Position numbers and translations under genes: made by a program
Notes under the pieces: generated by a model
Told to the model about the DNA's origin: nothing
Database searches by the model: none
What the model saw: only the letters and a program-made list of their open reading frames with translations
Shown: positions 18,648 to 28,969 of the stretch, one piece after another
Position numbering within the stretch: position 1 is the first letter of the stretch
Layout of the letters: each line of letters starts with the position of its first letter
DNA from: an uncultured delta proteobacterium
Lineage (GTDB): Bacteria; Myxococcota_A; Polyangia; Fen-1088
Assembly (NCBI GenBank): GCA_963796685.1
Contig: CAWCMR010000015.1
Location: 160,001-224,000, forward strand
Length of the DNA stretch: 64,000 nucleotides
Direction: 5' to 3'

Positions 18648-19832
18648 ATGCCGGAGATCAACGAACCGACCATCGCACTGGGTGATGTGCTTCGCCCGAC
18701 CGTCCTGCACGTCGACCTTGCTCGTCTGACGGCAAACTACGAGCTGCTGCGCGGCCACGCCAAGGTGCCGGTCTTGGTGGTGCTCAAGGCCAACGCCTAC
18801 GGCCACGGGCTGGTCGAGGTGGGCCGCCACTTCGCTCTCCTAGGGGCCCCGTACCTGGGCGTCGCGTATCTCGAAGAGGGGCTGCGACTTCGTCAGGCCG
18901 GCGTGCGCGTCCCCGTTCTCGTCATGGGCGGCATCGTGGGCGAGCAGATCCCGCTCTTTCTCGAAAACCATCTGACCTTGACCGCTTCGTCCGTGGACAA
19001 GCTGAACGCAATCGAAGCGTGCGCGGCCGCGCTCGGCCGCACGGCGCACGTTCACTTGAAGATCGACACCGGCATGGAGCGCATCGGCGTGCACTGGTAC
19101 AGCGCCGGCAAGTTGTTGGAGGCATCCCTGCGCTCGCCCCACGTGGCCGTCGACGGCGTGTTCTCACACTTCGCCAGCGCCGATGCCGAGGACTTGACCT
19201 TCGCCCGCCTGCAGCTCGAGCGCTTTCTCGAGGTGCTCGACTTTTACCGCGTCCGCTCGTTGCCGGCGCCGACCCGGCACATTGCCAGCTCGGGCGCGGT
19301 GTTGCAGATGCCCGAGGCGAGCCTGGACATGGTTCGACCGGGGATCTTGCTCTATGGCGCCTATCCTTCGGCCCATCCCGCGCCCCATCTGGCGCGCGCC
19401 ATCGATGTCCGTCCGGCACTGCGCTGGACGTCGAGCGTCGTCTATTTCAAGGTCGTCCAGGCGGGGGCCGGCATCAGCTATGGCTCGATCTGGAAGCCCG
19501 AGACGCAGGTTCGCGTGGTCACGCTGCCCGTGGGCTACGGCGACGGCTACCTGCGCTGCATGTCGGGCAAGGCCGAGGTGGCGATCCGCGGCCGCCGCTA
19601 TCCCGTCGTGGGCCGCATCTGCATGGACCAGGTGATGGTGAACCTCGGCTGGGACAGCGCCTTCAACGGCGACGAGGTCGTGTTGCTGGGCGGAGAAGGC
19701 GAGGGGGCGGTTCGCATCGAGGAGATGGCCGCGTGGGCCGGCACCATCCCGCACGAGATCCTCACCAGCATCAACACCCGCGTGCCTCGTGTCTACGTCA
19801 ACCGCCTGCCCGATCGCGCGGCGGGCTGCTAG
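18648..19832 (+). CDS. alr: Alanine racemase
   Basis: VLKANAYGHG (PLP lysine), KIDTGMERIG, VGYGDG and GRICMDQ. Confidence 0.96.
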   Translation: MPEINEPTIALGDVLRPTVLHVDLARLTANYELLRGHAKVPVLVVLKANAYGHGLVEVGRHFALLGAPYLGVAYLEEGLRLRQAGVRVPVLVMGGIVGEQIPLFLENHLTLTASSVDKLNAIEACAAALGRTAHVHLKIDTGMERIGVHWYSAGKLLEASLRSPHVAVDGVFSHFASADAEDLTFARLQLERFLEVLDFYRVRSLPAPTRHIASSGAVLQMPEASLDMVRPGILLYGAYPSAHPAPHLARAIDVRPALRWTSSVVYFKVVQAGAGISYGSIWKPETQVRVVTLPVGYGDGYLRCMSGKAEVAIRGRRYPVVGRICMDQVMVNLGWDSAFNGDEVVLLGGEGEGAVRIEEMAAWAGTIPHEILTSINTRVPRVYVNRLPDRAAGC

Positions 19833-19842
19833 CACGGCTTCG

Positions 19843-20496
19843 ATGCAAGGCACCCAACCTGTCGGGGGGATCGCGGTCACTGTGATGGTTCTCGCCGGCA
19901 TCCTGGGCGGCGTCGCCTGCCCTAGAGGAAAGGTCGCCAGGGTACCGGCCACGCGCCAGACCGCGGTGGCGCCCACGTCATCGCCTCCTACGCACCCGGC
20001 TTCGACCACGTCGAAGCCCAAGCCCGAGTGCCTGCAATGCGCTATCGAAGACCTGCGCCAGGCGGCGCACAAGGATCAGGTCGTGGTCACGGCCCGCTAC
20101 CTCGGGCTCGAGGAGCGATGGTCCGACGAGCATCGCACGAACCTACGCTGTACTCGGGATCGGGATGTCGTGGGCGTCGTGCGTTTCGCGTTGATTGGCG
20201 CCAATCCCTGGCGCGACGAATTTGCGGCCCCGCCCGCGCACGAGGAGCTGGCCCGGATCATCGAGGCGGACTTGCCCTGTCCCGAGCTCTCCCGGCCGCA
20301 GTACGCGAAACTGTACCGGTACAGTCCGGACGACCGCGAAAGAGATGGGCTGGGCCACGCACCGGTGTTGCGGCGAGGCCAGCTGTACCGGTTGACCTTC
20401 GTCAGAAGCCCAGGCATCGCCGTGCAGGATTCCCACAGCCCGAACCACGGCCGGCCGGTGCCGATCCTTGTCGCAGTCGATCCGCTTCGCCCATGA
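19843..20496 (+). CDS. Hypothetical exported protein
   Basis: N-terminal hydrophobic segment ending GVAC, Pro/Thr linker, then a Cys-containing domain; 10 nt after the alr stop. Confidence 0.55.
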   Translation: MQGTQPVGGIAVTVMVLAGILGGVACPRGKVARVPATRQTAVAPTSSPPTHPASTTSKPKPECLQCAIEDLRQAAHKDQVVVTARYLGLEERWSDEHRTNLRCTRDRDVVGVVRFALIGANPWRDEFAAPPAHEELARIIEADLPCPELSRPQYAKLYRYSPDDRERDGLGHAPVLRRGQLYRLTFVRSPGIAVQDSHSPNHGRPVPILVAVDPLRP

Positions 20497-20536
20497 CCAT
20501 CTTGCCGCCCACGACGTCGGCCAGACAGCGTCCGGC

Positions 20537-21592
20537 CTACTTGATGGTCAGGCCGAGGAAGCAGTAGTCGAACGGCGTCGCGCTGGTTGCGCTGCCAGGC
20601 ACCACGAGTTGCACGCTCGTGATGGCGGTACCGGAGGTGAACGGCGTGCCGCTCCCGTCCCAGCACGCCGTGTTGAGCTTCGAGAATGGAATGTTGGTGG
20701 TGGTCGTGCCGGTGGATGGCGGCAGGTAGTAACACCAAAAGTTGGTGCCGTCCCACAGTTGAAATTCCAGCGTCGAGCCGGCAGGGTTCGCGTAGCTGAC
20801 GGCGATCTCGCTGCCGGTGAGGGGAAGGGGTTCCGTCGACCCACTTACCCCAGATTGCGACTGGTTGACATTGAAGCTCACGACGGCCCACGATTTGTAG
20901 GTCGTGCTGACGCCGACCGAGCCCGACGCACAGAAGGAGGTTGCGTTGTAAGTCAGGCCGATGGTCGAGCCGGAGCCCGACGCAGAGGAGGAGACATAGC
21001 CGCTCATGACGACCGTGCCCGTGGCAATGGTCGTATAGCCGCTGTTCGGATCAAGTGTCGGCGTTCCGATTGGAGTGGGGGCAACCTCCAGGGCGTCAGC
21101 GCGCGGCGATGCATCGGGGTTCGTCACGGTCGTGCCGCCGGTCCCCGACCGGCCGCCGCTCCCGCTGCCGCCACTCGCGTGTCCGCCGCTGCCGCCGCTC
21201 GCGTGTCCGCCGCTGCCACCGTTGCCGCCGTTGCCGCCACTTGCGTGTCCGCCGCTGCCGCCACTCCTGCTCCCGCCGCTCCCACCCTGCGCGACGGTCG
21301 TGCTTCCGCCGGAGGCTGGTTTGGTCGTCGCCATTCCCCCCGTTGATGAGCCACCCTTGCCCGAGATTGTGTCTCCGCCCGCCGAGGTCGTGCCGCCGGT
21401 CCCGACGTGACCTCCGTTGCCGGTGACCGCACTGCCCCCAGCGCCAGGTGTACCTCCATCGCCCTGGTCGGCGGATGCCGGGATCAGATCGGATCGCATG
21501 CCGCAGGCCATCCAGGTCAGGCCCATGATGAGCAGGGCTCCCTGAAAGATGTACCGACACGTTATGGCGCAAGTGGTCATTTGGCGCGTCAT
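20537..21592 (-). CDS. Lipoprotein with Gly-rich linker and C-terminal Thr/Ser-rich beta domain (possibly carbohydrate-binding)
   Basis: Hydrophobic signal ending WMAC, GGSGGHAS repeats, and a C-terminal domain with FSKLNTACWDGSG...FDYC. Confidence 0.7.
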   Translation of the reverse strand: MTRQMTTCAITCRYIFQGALLIMGLTWMACGMRSDLIPASADQGDGGTPGAGGSAVTGNGGHVGTGGTTSAGGDTISGKGGSSTGGMATTKPASGGSTTVAQGGSGGSRSGGSGGHASGGNGGNGGSGGHASGGSGGHASGGSGSGGRSGTGGTTVTNPDASPRADALEVAPTPIGTPTLDPNSGYTTIATGTVVMSGYVSSSASGSGSTIGLTYNATSFCASGSVGVSTTYKSWAVVSFNVNQSQSGVSGSTEPLPLTGSEIAVSYANPAGSTLEFQLWDGTNFWCYYLPPSTGTTTTNIPFSKLNTACWDGSGTPFTSGTAITSVQLVVPGSATSATPFDYCFLGLTIK

Positions 21593-21669
21593 GGTAAGGT
21601 GACTCCCTCTACGGGCTCAGAGTCTACACCCTTCCGACAAGGGTCAACTCTTAACGAGACCAAACGAGG

Positions 21670-24051
21670 CTACTTGCTCCGGAGCTTTTCCAGACCTGCG
21701 AACGGGTTGTTGAAGGGACGGCTCGGTTGCGGCGGCCGCTCTGCGGGGGGACGTGGGCCACGATTCGGTCCGCCGCCGTGCTCGCCGGGGCGCGGACCCC
21801 GGGGCACGTCGCCGGCCGAGCCGGATCGCAGGGACAAGGCGATCTGTTGCTTGTCCAGCTTCACCTCGAGCACGCGCGCGCTCACACGGTCGCCGGGGCT
21901 GACCACCTCGCGCGGATCCTTGACGAAGCGGTCGGCGAGCTGCGAGATGTGGACCAGGCCGTCCTGGTGCACGCCGATGTCGACGAAGGCCCCGAAGTTG
22001 GTCACGTTGGTGACGATGCCGGGGCACACCATGCCGGGTTGCAGGTCCTGCAAAGTGTGGATGTCCTGGCGAAAGGAGAAGGGGACGAAGGTCTCACGCG
22101 GATCGCGGCCGGGTTTCTCGAGCTCTTTGATCACGTCGGCGAAGGTGAATGCGCCCAGCTCCTTTTCCAGGTCGCGTGCGCTCTTCACCAGCTGCACGCC
22201 CGCCCCGAGCAGACCCGCCACGGGCACGCCCAGACGTTCAGCCAGCCTTTCCAGCGCTCCGTAGCGCTCGGGGTGAACCCCGGTGTTGTCGAGCGGGTGC
22301 CCGGCCTCGGAGATTCGCAGAAAGCCCGCGGCCTGCTCGAACACCTTGGCCGAAAAGCGCGGCACATCGAGGAGCGCTTGGCGCGAGCGAAAGATACCCT
22401 TCTTGCCGCGGTAGTCGACGATGGCCTTGGCCAGGCCAGGCCCGATGCCGGACACGTGGGCCAGCAGGTGATACGACGCGGTGTTGAGATTCACGCCGAC
22501 CTGGTTCACGCAGGAATCCACCACGGTGTCCAGGCTCTTTTGCAGGGCGGTCGGTGAGACGTCATGCTGGTACTGGCCCACGCCGATGCTCTTGGGATCC
22601 ACCTTGACCAGCTCCGCCAGGGGGTCTTGTAAGCGCCGCGCGATGGAGATGGCGCCGCGGATGGTGAGATCCAGATCGGGGAATTCCTCGCGCGCGACCT
22701 CGCTGGCGCTGTACACGCTGGCACCCGATTCGCTGACCATCACGACCGGTACCTTCAAGCCGGCGCCTTCCATGGCCTCGCGGATGACGGCCTCGGTTTC
22801 GCGACCGGCGGTGCCGTTGCCGACGGCGATGGCGCGAATGCCGCCTTTTCTGACCAGCTCGGCCAGCAGGGTTGCGGCCCCGGTCCTTGCTCCGGCCGAT
22901 TCGAGGTGCATCACGGTGCTGCCCACGTACTTGCCGGAATCGTCGACCACGGCCAGCTTGCAGCCGGTGCGCAGACCAGGGTCCACCCCCAGCACGGCTT
23001 TGGGCCCGAAGGGCGCCGAGAGCAACAGCTTGCGCACGTTCTCGGCGAAGACGTGGATGGCGGCCTCGTCGGCCACTTCACGCAAGGCCTTGTGAACCTC
23101 GTTTTCGATGGCGGGCACGACGTGGGCACGCAGGGCGAAACGCGCCGCCTTCTTCAGCAGGGGCGCGCCCGCGAAATCCTGCTGCGAGCAGGCGGCGGCC
23201 TCGAACATGTGCAGCAGCTCTTCGACCAGGGGATCGACGGGCGCGCGTGGCTTGGCGGCAAGCTCGGACGTCGCAGTCGGCTCTGGCGGCGTCGGGCCAC
23301 CGAGATGTAGGGTCAGCTCCTCCTCCATCCAGCCGCGCCGCATGGCCAGGTAGCGGTGCGAATTCTCGGGTTTCAGCAGGTCGCGCACGCGTTCCTCGTA
23401 GCTGAAGTAGTTCTCGAACTTGCTCGGCGACTTGGCCTTCTCGCCTTTGACGGTCTTCGCGAAACCGTCGTGCAGGTACCGCGTGCGTGTGGTACTGCGC
23501 AGGTCGGCATCTTCCGACAGGCGTTCGATGACGATCTCGACCGCGCCTGCCAAAGCCGCGTCGGTGTCGGGAATCTTCTTTTCCTCGTCGATGAAGGCGC
23601 TGGCGTGGCTGTCCGGTGTTTCTCCGTTCGACGGCACGAGTCCATGGCCGCAATCCCACAGCCAGTTGGCCAGCGGTTCCAGCCCCGCTTCGCGTGCGAT
23701 GACCGCCTTGGTCTTGCGCTTCTGCTTGAAGGGCAGGTACAGGTCTTCCAGTAGAGCCAGGTCGTAGGTTCCCTGAAGCTTGTCGCGCAGCTCGTCGGTC
23801 AGCTTGCCCTGCCGGGCGATCTCTTCCACGATGAAGGTCTGGCGCTTGAGGATGCTGTCCCAGGTCTCCTTGCCGTCGATGACGGCGCGGATTTGCACCT
23901 CGTCGAGCGCTCCCGTCGCCTCTTTGCGATAGCGCGCGATGAAGGGCACGGTGGCGCCCTCTTCCGTAAGGCGCAAGACAGCGGCCACGCCTTGCGCTGG
24001 GAGCTTGGGGTGGGCTTGTGCGAGCCAAGATTCGAAGGTGACCTGAGCCAT
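21670..24051 (-). CDS. tex: Tex-family RNA-binding transcriptional accessory protein (S1 domain)
   Basis: GATVPFIARYRKEATG, GVDPGLRTGCK, SIGVGQYQHDV and S1 FGAFVDIGVHQDGLVHIS. Confidence 0.96.
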   Translation of the reverse strand: MAQVTFESWLAQAHPKLPAQGVAAVLRLTEEGATVPFIARYRKEATGALDEVQIRAVIDGKETWDSILKRQTFIVEEIARQGKLTDELRDKLQGTYDLALLEDLYLPFKQKRKTKAVIAREAGLEPLANWLWDCGHGLVPSNGETPDSHASAFIDEEKKIPDTDAALAGAVEIVIERLSEDADLRSTTRTRYLHDGFAKTVKGEKAKSPSKFENYFSYEERVRDLLKPENSHRYLAMRRGWMEEELTLHLGGPTPPEPTATSELAAKPRAPVDPLVEELLHMFEAAACSQQDFAGAPLLKKAARFALRAHVVPAIENEVHKALREVADEAAIHVFAENVRKLLLSAPFGPKAVLGVDPGLRTGCKLAVVDDSGKYVGSTVMHLESAGARTGAATLLAELVRKGGIRAIAVGNGTAGRETEAVIREAMEGAGLKVPVVMVSESGASVYSASEVAREEFPDLDLTIRGAISIARRLQDPLAELVKVDPKSIGVGQYQHDVSPTALQKSLDTVVDSCVNQVGVNLNTASYHLLAHVSGIGPGLAKAIVDYRGKKGIFRSRQALLDVPRFSAKVFEQAAGFLRISEAGHPLDNTGVHPERYGALERLAERLGVPVAGLLGAGVQLVKSARDLEKELGAFTFADVIKELEKPGRDPRETFVPFSFRQDIHTLQDLQPGMVCPGIVTNVTNFGAFVDIGVHQDGLVHISQLADRFVKDPREVVSPGDRVSARVLEVKLDKQQIALSLRSGSAGDVPRGPRPGEHGGGPNRGPRPPAERPPQPSRPFNNPFAGLEKLRSK

Positions 24052-24161
24052 TCCTGCCACCCTACTCAAAAGAAGAACGCGATCCAGGCTTGATCTTCCG
24101 CCGCGAAGGTTGGATCGGCGGCCCTCGTCGCAGGTGGGGTGAAGCCGCGAGCCGTGGCAGA

Positions 24162-25244
24162 ATGGCGACCCTCATGAACCAGTCCCTGCGCACCGATCTC
24201 GACTCCGCTTTGCTGCACGAGCTCTCCGATACCTGGCGCGAGATCAACGCCAACCACTTTCGCGGCAAGATGCGGCCTCCGGTGCTGGCATTCTCCGAGG
24301 TGGGTAGTCGCCTTGGCCAGTGGAACGGGGCCACGCGCACGCTGTCCATCGATCGCACGCTGGCCTTCGAGAAGCCGTGGAGCGCGGTGCGCGAGGTGCT
24401 CAAGCACGAGGTGGCGCACCAATTCGTCGACGAGGTGTTGAAGATTCACGACCAAGCCGCGCACGGTCCGGCCTTCGAGGATGTGTGTCGCCGTTTCGGC
24501 ATCGATGCGCGCGCCACCGGCTTGCCCGCCTTGACCGCGGGCGGCGAGGGGGGCAGTCCCGTGCTGCGGCGGATCGCGCGCCTGCTCGCCCTGGCCGAGA
24601 GCCCGAACGTGCACGAGGCCGAGGCGGCCATGAAAGCCGCCCATCGTCTGATGCTCAAGCACAACATCGAAGCCCAGGTTGCGGCGGCCAGCGAGGGCTA
24701 CGCCTTCGTTCACGTGGGCCTTCCCCGCCGCAGGGTGGACGCGGCCGAGCACGTCCTGGCGGGGATCCTGACGCGCCACTTTTTCGTCGAGGCCATCTGG
24801 GTGCCGTCGTATCTGGCCAAGGAGGCGCGTAGCGGGCGCGTGCTCGAGCTGTGCGGCAGCCTGTCGAACCTGGAGGTCGCATCCTATGTCCACACCTTCC
24901 TGCTCGAAACCGCCGAGCGGCTGTGGCGCGAGCACAAGCGCCGGCACCACATCGACAGCGACAAAGAGCGGCGCCGCTTCCAGACCGGGGTGATGAGCGG
25001 CTTCGACGAGAAGCTCAAGGCCGGTACGAAGGAGGACCGGCGCGAGGGCCTGATCTGGATCGGCGATCCGGGCCTGGAGAGCTTTCTTCACCAGCGCTAT
25101 CCGCGCAGAACGGGTGGCGGAGGCATCGGGGTGCGTCTGACCGCGGCCTACGAGCAAGGTCGGGAAGCCGGCCGCAATATCGTGCTGCACAAGCCGGTCC
25201 GCGCGGGCGAGACGAGGGGACGGCTGCTGGGGCCGGTGCGGTAG
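24162..25244 (+). CDS. SprT-like zinc metalloprotease with DUF2786 domain
   Basis: LKHEVAHQ...HGPAF (HExxH) and RLLALAESPNVHEAEAAM. Confidence 0.8.
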   Translation: MATLMNQSLRTDLDSALLHELSDTWREINANHFRGKMRPPVLAFSEVGSRLGQWNGATRTLSIDRTLAFEKPWSAVREVLKHEVAHQFVDEVLKIHDQAAHGPAFEDVCRRFGIDARATGLPALTAGGEGGSPVLRRIARLLALAESPNVHEAEAAMKAAHRLMLKHNIEAQVAAASEGYAFVHVGLPRRRVDAAEHVLAGILTRHFFVEAIWVPSYLAKEARSGRVLELCGSLSNLEVASYVHTFLLETAERLWREHKRRHHIDSDKERRRFQTGVMSGFDEKLKAGTKEDRREGLIWIGDPGLESFLHQRYPRRTGGGGIGVRLTAAYEQGREAGRNIVLHKPVRAGETRGRLLGPVR

Positions 25245-25347
25245 GCCTCCTCGGGCGGTGCTGGCTTCCTGCTCTTTATGCCGCTCGCGTCGGGTGGATG
25301 AAACCTTCCGCGTGCTGTGGATTCTAAATAGGCAGGAGTAAATAGTC

Positions 25348-25707
25348 ATGGCACCCACAGCCCTTACCGATTCGACATTCAAAGAACAAATCAAGACAGG
25401 GATTGTCCTGGTTGATTTCTGGGCACCTTGGTGCGGGCCTTGTCGTGCGTTCGCCCCGATATTCGAGAAGGCTGCCGACGAGAATCTCGATGTCGCTTTC
25501 GGCAAGGTGAACACCGAGGAGGAGCCGGATCTGGCCATCGAGTTCGGCATTCAAGCCATTCCGACCTTGATGGCCTTTCGCGATGGTCTGCTCGTTTTCG
25601 AACAGGCGGGAGCGCTACCGGGACACGCGCTGCAGAAATTGATCGACCAGATCAGATCGCTCGACATGGACAAGGTCCGCAGCGAGGCTCACGCGGCAGC
25701 TTCCTAG
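25348..25707 (+). CDS. trxA: Thioredoxin
   Basis: VDFWAPWCGPC; SD CAGGAG. Confidence 0.95.
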   Translation: MAPTALTDSTFKEQIKTGIVLVDFWAPWCGPCRAFAPIFEKAADENLDVAFGKVNTEEEPDLAIEFGIQAIPTLMAFRDGLLVFEQAGALPGHALQKLIDQIRSLDMDKVRSEAHAAAS

Positions 25708-25794
25708 ACTCTCCCAGGCCCGACATTGGCGACGCCCTGGCTCGCGCGCGCAGGTTGGGGTATGACATGGGCCGCCGGAATCCCCGGCGCGCGA

Positions 25795-27249
25795 ATGGAT
25801 TCGCTTATCGACGACGGCAAGCCGGCTGCGAGCGCCGAGGTGGGCCCGGTGGTTGCACAGGCTCGCGCGGCCCAACCCGCGTGGGAGAGGCTGACCTTTC
25901 GCGAGCGGGGGCGCCTGTTGCGTCGGCTGGCGGCGCGCGCGCGCGCGGACGCGGAGCTGGCGGCGATGATTTCGTCGGAGACCGGCAAGCCCCCCTTTGA
26001 AGCCATCGGGTTCGAGGTCGCCTATTTGTGCGAGGTGACGCGTTTTCTTTCCGGAGCGGCCGGCCGGCGTGCGACCGGCGAATCGCGGCGCGGGTCGCTC
26101 ATCTTTCCGCACAAGCGGGCGAGGGTGCGATGGCGTGCCCACGGCGTGGTCGCGGTCATCGGTCCATGGAATTTCCCTCTCCTGAACAATTTCGGCGATG
26201 CCGTGGCGCCGCTTTTGGCAGGCAACAGCGTGGTGCTCAAGCCGTCGCCGCACACACCCCGCACCTCGCGCCGGATGCGCATGCTGTGGCGGGAGTGCGG
26301 ACTGCCCGAGGGGGTCTTTCAGGTGGTCGAGGGCGGGGCCCAAGCGGGTGGCGCCCTGGTGGACGTGTGCGACATGGTGTTCTTCACCGGCGGCCTGTCC
26401 GCTGGCAGGCAGGTCGCTGCGCGCGCGGGCGCACGGCTGATTCCGTGCGTGGCCGAGCTCGGCGGCAAGTCCGCCATGATCGTTCTCGGCGACGCCGACG
26501 TGCGTGCCGCCGCCCGTGCCGCGGTTTGGGGAGCGTTCGCCGGGGCCGGGCAGGTGTGCATTCGCGTCGAGCGTGCCATCGTCGAATCGTCGGTGGCCGA
26601 CGAATTCGCCCGCCGGGTGGTCGAGGAGACCGGAAGGCTGCGGCTTGGCCGGGGCGGAGATTGCGAGGTCGGGCCGCTCATGCTGCAAGAGCAGTTGGAT
26701 CGGTGCCAGCGGTTCGTGGCCGATGCGGTGGCGCGTGGCGCGCGCGTGATCGCGGGAGGTGAAAGAAGAGATGATTTGTCCGGTTTGTTCTTCCCGCCCA
26801 CGGTCCTCGATGGGGTTCCGCCCGAGGCCGCCGTGGCGTGCGAGGAGACCTTCGGTCCCATCCTGCCCATCGTGCGCGTGGCCGACGCCGAAGCGGCGGT
26901 ACGCCTGGCCAACGCCTCGCCTTTCGGCCTATCGGGCAATGTCTGGTCCGGCGACCGAGCCCGCGCGGTGGCGCTGGCGCGCAGACTGGAGACCGGGACC
27001 GTGTGCATCAACGATGTCCTGGTGAACTACTTCTTCGTCGGTGCTCCGCTGGGTGGTACGAAGCACAGTGGCCTTGGCTTCCGCCACGGCGCCGAGTCCC
27101 TGCGGCAGTTCTGCACGCCACAAACCATCGTCGAGGATCGCCCCATGTTCGGTTTCCTCGCGAGCTGGCTGCGCGGCCAGCTCGGCTTTCCCTACCGCAA
27201 GCGCGTGCTCGGGGTGCTGCGCTGGTTGCTCGAAGCGATCTATCGATGA
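25795..27249 (+). CDS. Aldehyde dehydrogenase family protein
   Basis: PWNFP, LKPS, FTG, ELGGK, GQVC and EETFGP. Confidence 0.93.
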   Translation: MDSLIDDGKPAASAEVGPVVAQARAAQPAWERLTFRERGRLLRRLAARARADAELAAMISSETGKPPFEAIGFEVAYLCEVTRFLSGAAGRRATGESRRGSLIFPHKRARVRWRAHGVVAVIGPWNFPLLNNFGDAVAPLLAGNSVVLKPSPHTPRTSRRMRMLWRECGLPEGVFQVVEGGAQAGGALVDVCDMVFFTGGLSAGRQVAARAGARLIPCVAELGGKSAMIVLGDADVRAAARAAVWGAFAGAGQVCIRVERAIVESSVADEFARRVVEETGRLRLGRGGDCEVGPLMLQEQLDRCQRFVADAVARGARVIAGGERRDDLSGLFFPPTVLDGVPPEAAVACEETFGPILPIVRVADAEAAVRLANASPFGLSGNVWSGDRARAVALARRLETGTVCINDVLVNYFFVGAPLGGTKHSGLGFRHGAESLRQFCTPQTIVEDRPMFGFLASWLRGQLGFPYRKRVLGVLRWLLEAIYR

Positions 27250-28889
27250 CCGGTGAGGCCCCTCCGATCCCGCGCTCGGCCGAGGCGCCCTACGACTTCA
27301 TCATCGTCGGGTCGGGCTTTGGCGGCAGCGTCTCGGCGCTGCGCCTGGCGGAAAAGGGCTACGGCGTCCTGGTCGTCGAGGAGGGCAAGCGCTGGGGTCC
27401 GTCGGATTTCCCCAAGAGCAACTGGAACCTGCGGAAGTCCCTGTGGCTGCCCCGCCTTGGCTGCCACGGAATTCAGCGCCTCGATTGGCTCGGCGACGTG
27501 TTGGTGCTGGGCGGCGCCGGCGTGGGTGGGGGCTCCCTCGTGTACGCGAACACCTTGTTGGTGCCGCCGGCCGAGGCCTTCGCGCGGTCGTGGCCAGGGG
27601 GAGCCGGGATGCGCGAGCAGCTCGCTCGCCATTTCGAAACAGCGCGTAGGATGCTCGGCGCGACGAGACCGCCGGCGATCTGGCCGGCCGAAGAGCACCT
27701 GCGCGCGTTCGCCCGCTCGCTCGGCCGCGAGGCGCATTTCTTCCAGCCCGAGGTGGGCGTGCTGTTCGGCGCGCAAGACGGCCAAGACGGCCAAGACGGC
27801 AAGGAGATCCCGGATCCCTACTTCAATGGCCAGGGTCCCCCGCGTGCTCCATGCCGTCTGTGCGGCGGGTGCATGGTCGGCTGCCGGCACAACGCCAAGA
27901 ACACGCTCGACAAGAACTACCTCTACCTTGCGGAAAAGCTCGGCGCGCGGGTCCTGCCCGAGACCCGCGCGACGCGAATCGAGCCCGATGGGGAAAGCGG
28001 CTACGTCGTACACACGCAACGGTCGCTGGGCTGGGCCTCGCGGCCGGTGCAGCGCTTGCGTACTCGGAACGTCATCCTGGCGGCGGGCGCTCTTGGCAGC
28101 GTCGATCTCCTGCTCGCGTCGCAGGCGAGCGGTGGCTTGCCCAATCTCTCGCCAGCGCTCGGCAAGCTCACCCGTACCAACAGCGAGATCATTTGCGGGG
28201 CGCGCAGCCGTACGGCGCACGTCGATCACTCGCAAGGCATCGCCATCGCCAGCGACGTGCAAGCCGATGGCGACACGCATCTGCAGATCGTCCGCTACCC
28301 CGCCGGGTCGGACATGATGGGTCTTCTGGGGACTCTGGCGGTGGCGGGCGGCGGGCGCCTTCCGCGCGCCGTGCGCTGGGCACTGCACTGTCTGCGCCAC
28401 CCGCTGGATTTTCTGCGCAACGTTCTCCCCTTCGGCTGGGCCAAGCACACCGTGGTGGTGCTGGCCATGCAGTCCATCGACAATGCCCTGACGCTCGTGC
28501 GCAAGCGACGATGGTTTCTTGGCCGCGATCTGCTCTCCCGGCGGGCGACGGGTGCGCCACCCATCCCGACCTACTTGCCGCTGGCCAACCAGGCGGCGAA
28601 GTTCATCGCCGATCGCATGGGAGGGTTTCCGCTCAATGCCATCAACGAGGTCCTCCTCGACGTTCCCATCACCGCGCACATCCTGGGCGGTGCCCGCATG
28701 GCGGACACACCCGATGAGGGCGTGGTCGACGGCGACTGTCGCGTGTTCGGCTACCCCGGACTTTGGGTCATCGACGGCGCGGTGATTCCGGTCAACCTGG
28801 GGGCCAATCCCAGCCTGACCATCGCCGCCGTGGCCGAGCTCGCGATGTCCAAGATTCCGGCGAAGGGGCGCGGGGGCCAAGACACTTGA
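27246..28889 (+). CDS. GMC-family oxidoreductase (cholesterol oxidase ChoD-like)
   Basis: GSGFGGSV, GVGGGSLVYANTL, CGGCMVGC..NAKNTLDKNYL, TAHILGG and NPSLTI; ATGA overlap with the ALDH gene. Confidence 0.9.
   Translation: MTGEAPPIPRSAEAPYDFIIVGSGFGGSVSALRLAEKGYGVLVVEEGKRWGPSDFPKSNWNLRKSLWLPRLGCHGIQRLDWLGDVLVLGGAGVGGGSLVYANTLLVPPAEAFARSWPGGAGMREQLARHFETARRMLGATRPPAIWPAEEHLRAFARSLGREAHFFQPEVGVLFGAQDGQDGQDGKEIPDPYFNGQGPPRAPCRLCGGCMVGCRHNAKNTLDKNYLYLAEKLGARVLPETRATRIEPDGESGYVVHTQRSLGWASRPVQRLRTRNVILAAGALGSVDLLLASQASGGLPNLSPALGKLTRTNSEIICGARSRTAHVDHSQGIAIASDVQADGDTHLQIVRYPAGSDMMGLLGTLAVAGGGRLPRAVRWALHCLRHPLDFLRNVLPFGWAKHTVVVLAMQSIDNALTLVRKRRWFLGRDLLSRRATGAPPIPTYLPLANQAAKFIADRMGGFPLNAINEVLLDVPITAHILGGARMADTPDEGVVDGDCRVFGYPGLWVIDGAVIPVNLGANPSLTIAAVAELAMSKIPAKGRGGQDT
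27774..27800 (+). repeat. In-frame 9-bp tandem repeat x3 (QDGQDGQDG)
   Basis: caagacggc three times in succession. Confidence 0.9.
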
Positions 28890-28969
28890 GGTGCACGGGC
28901 GGGGCAACGTCGGGAGCCGCAAAGAGTGGCGACTCAGTCATCCCGTCTTGCCTTGTCTTGGGAGTATTC

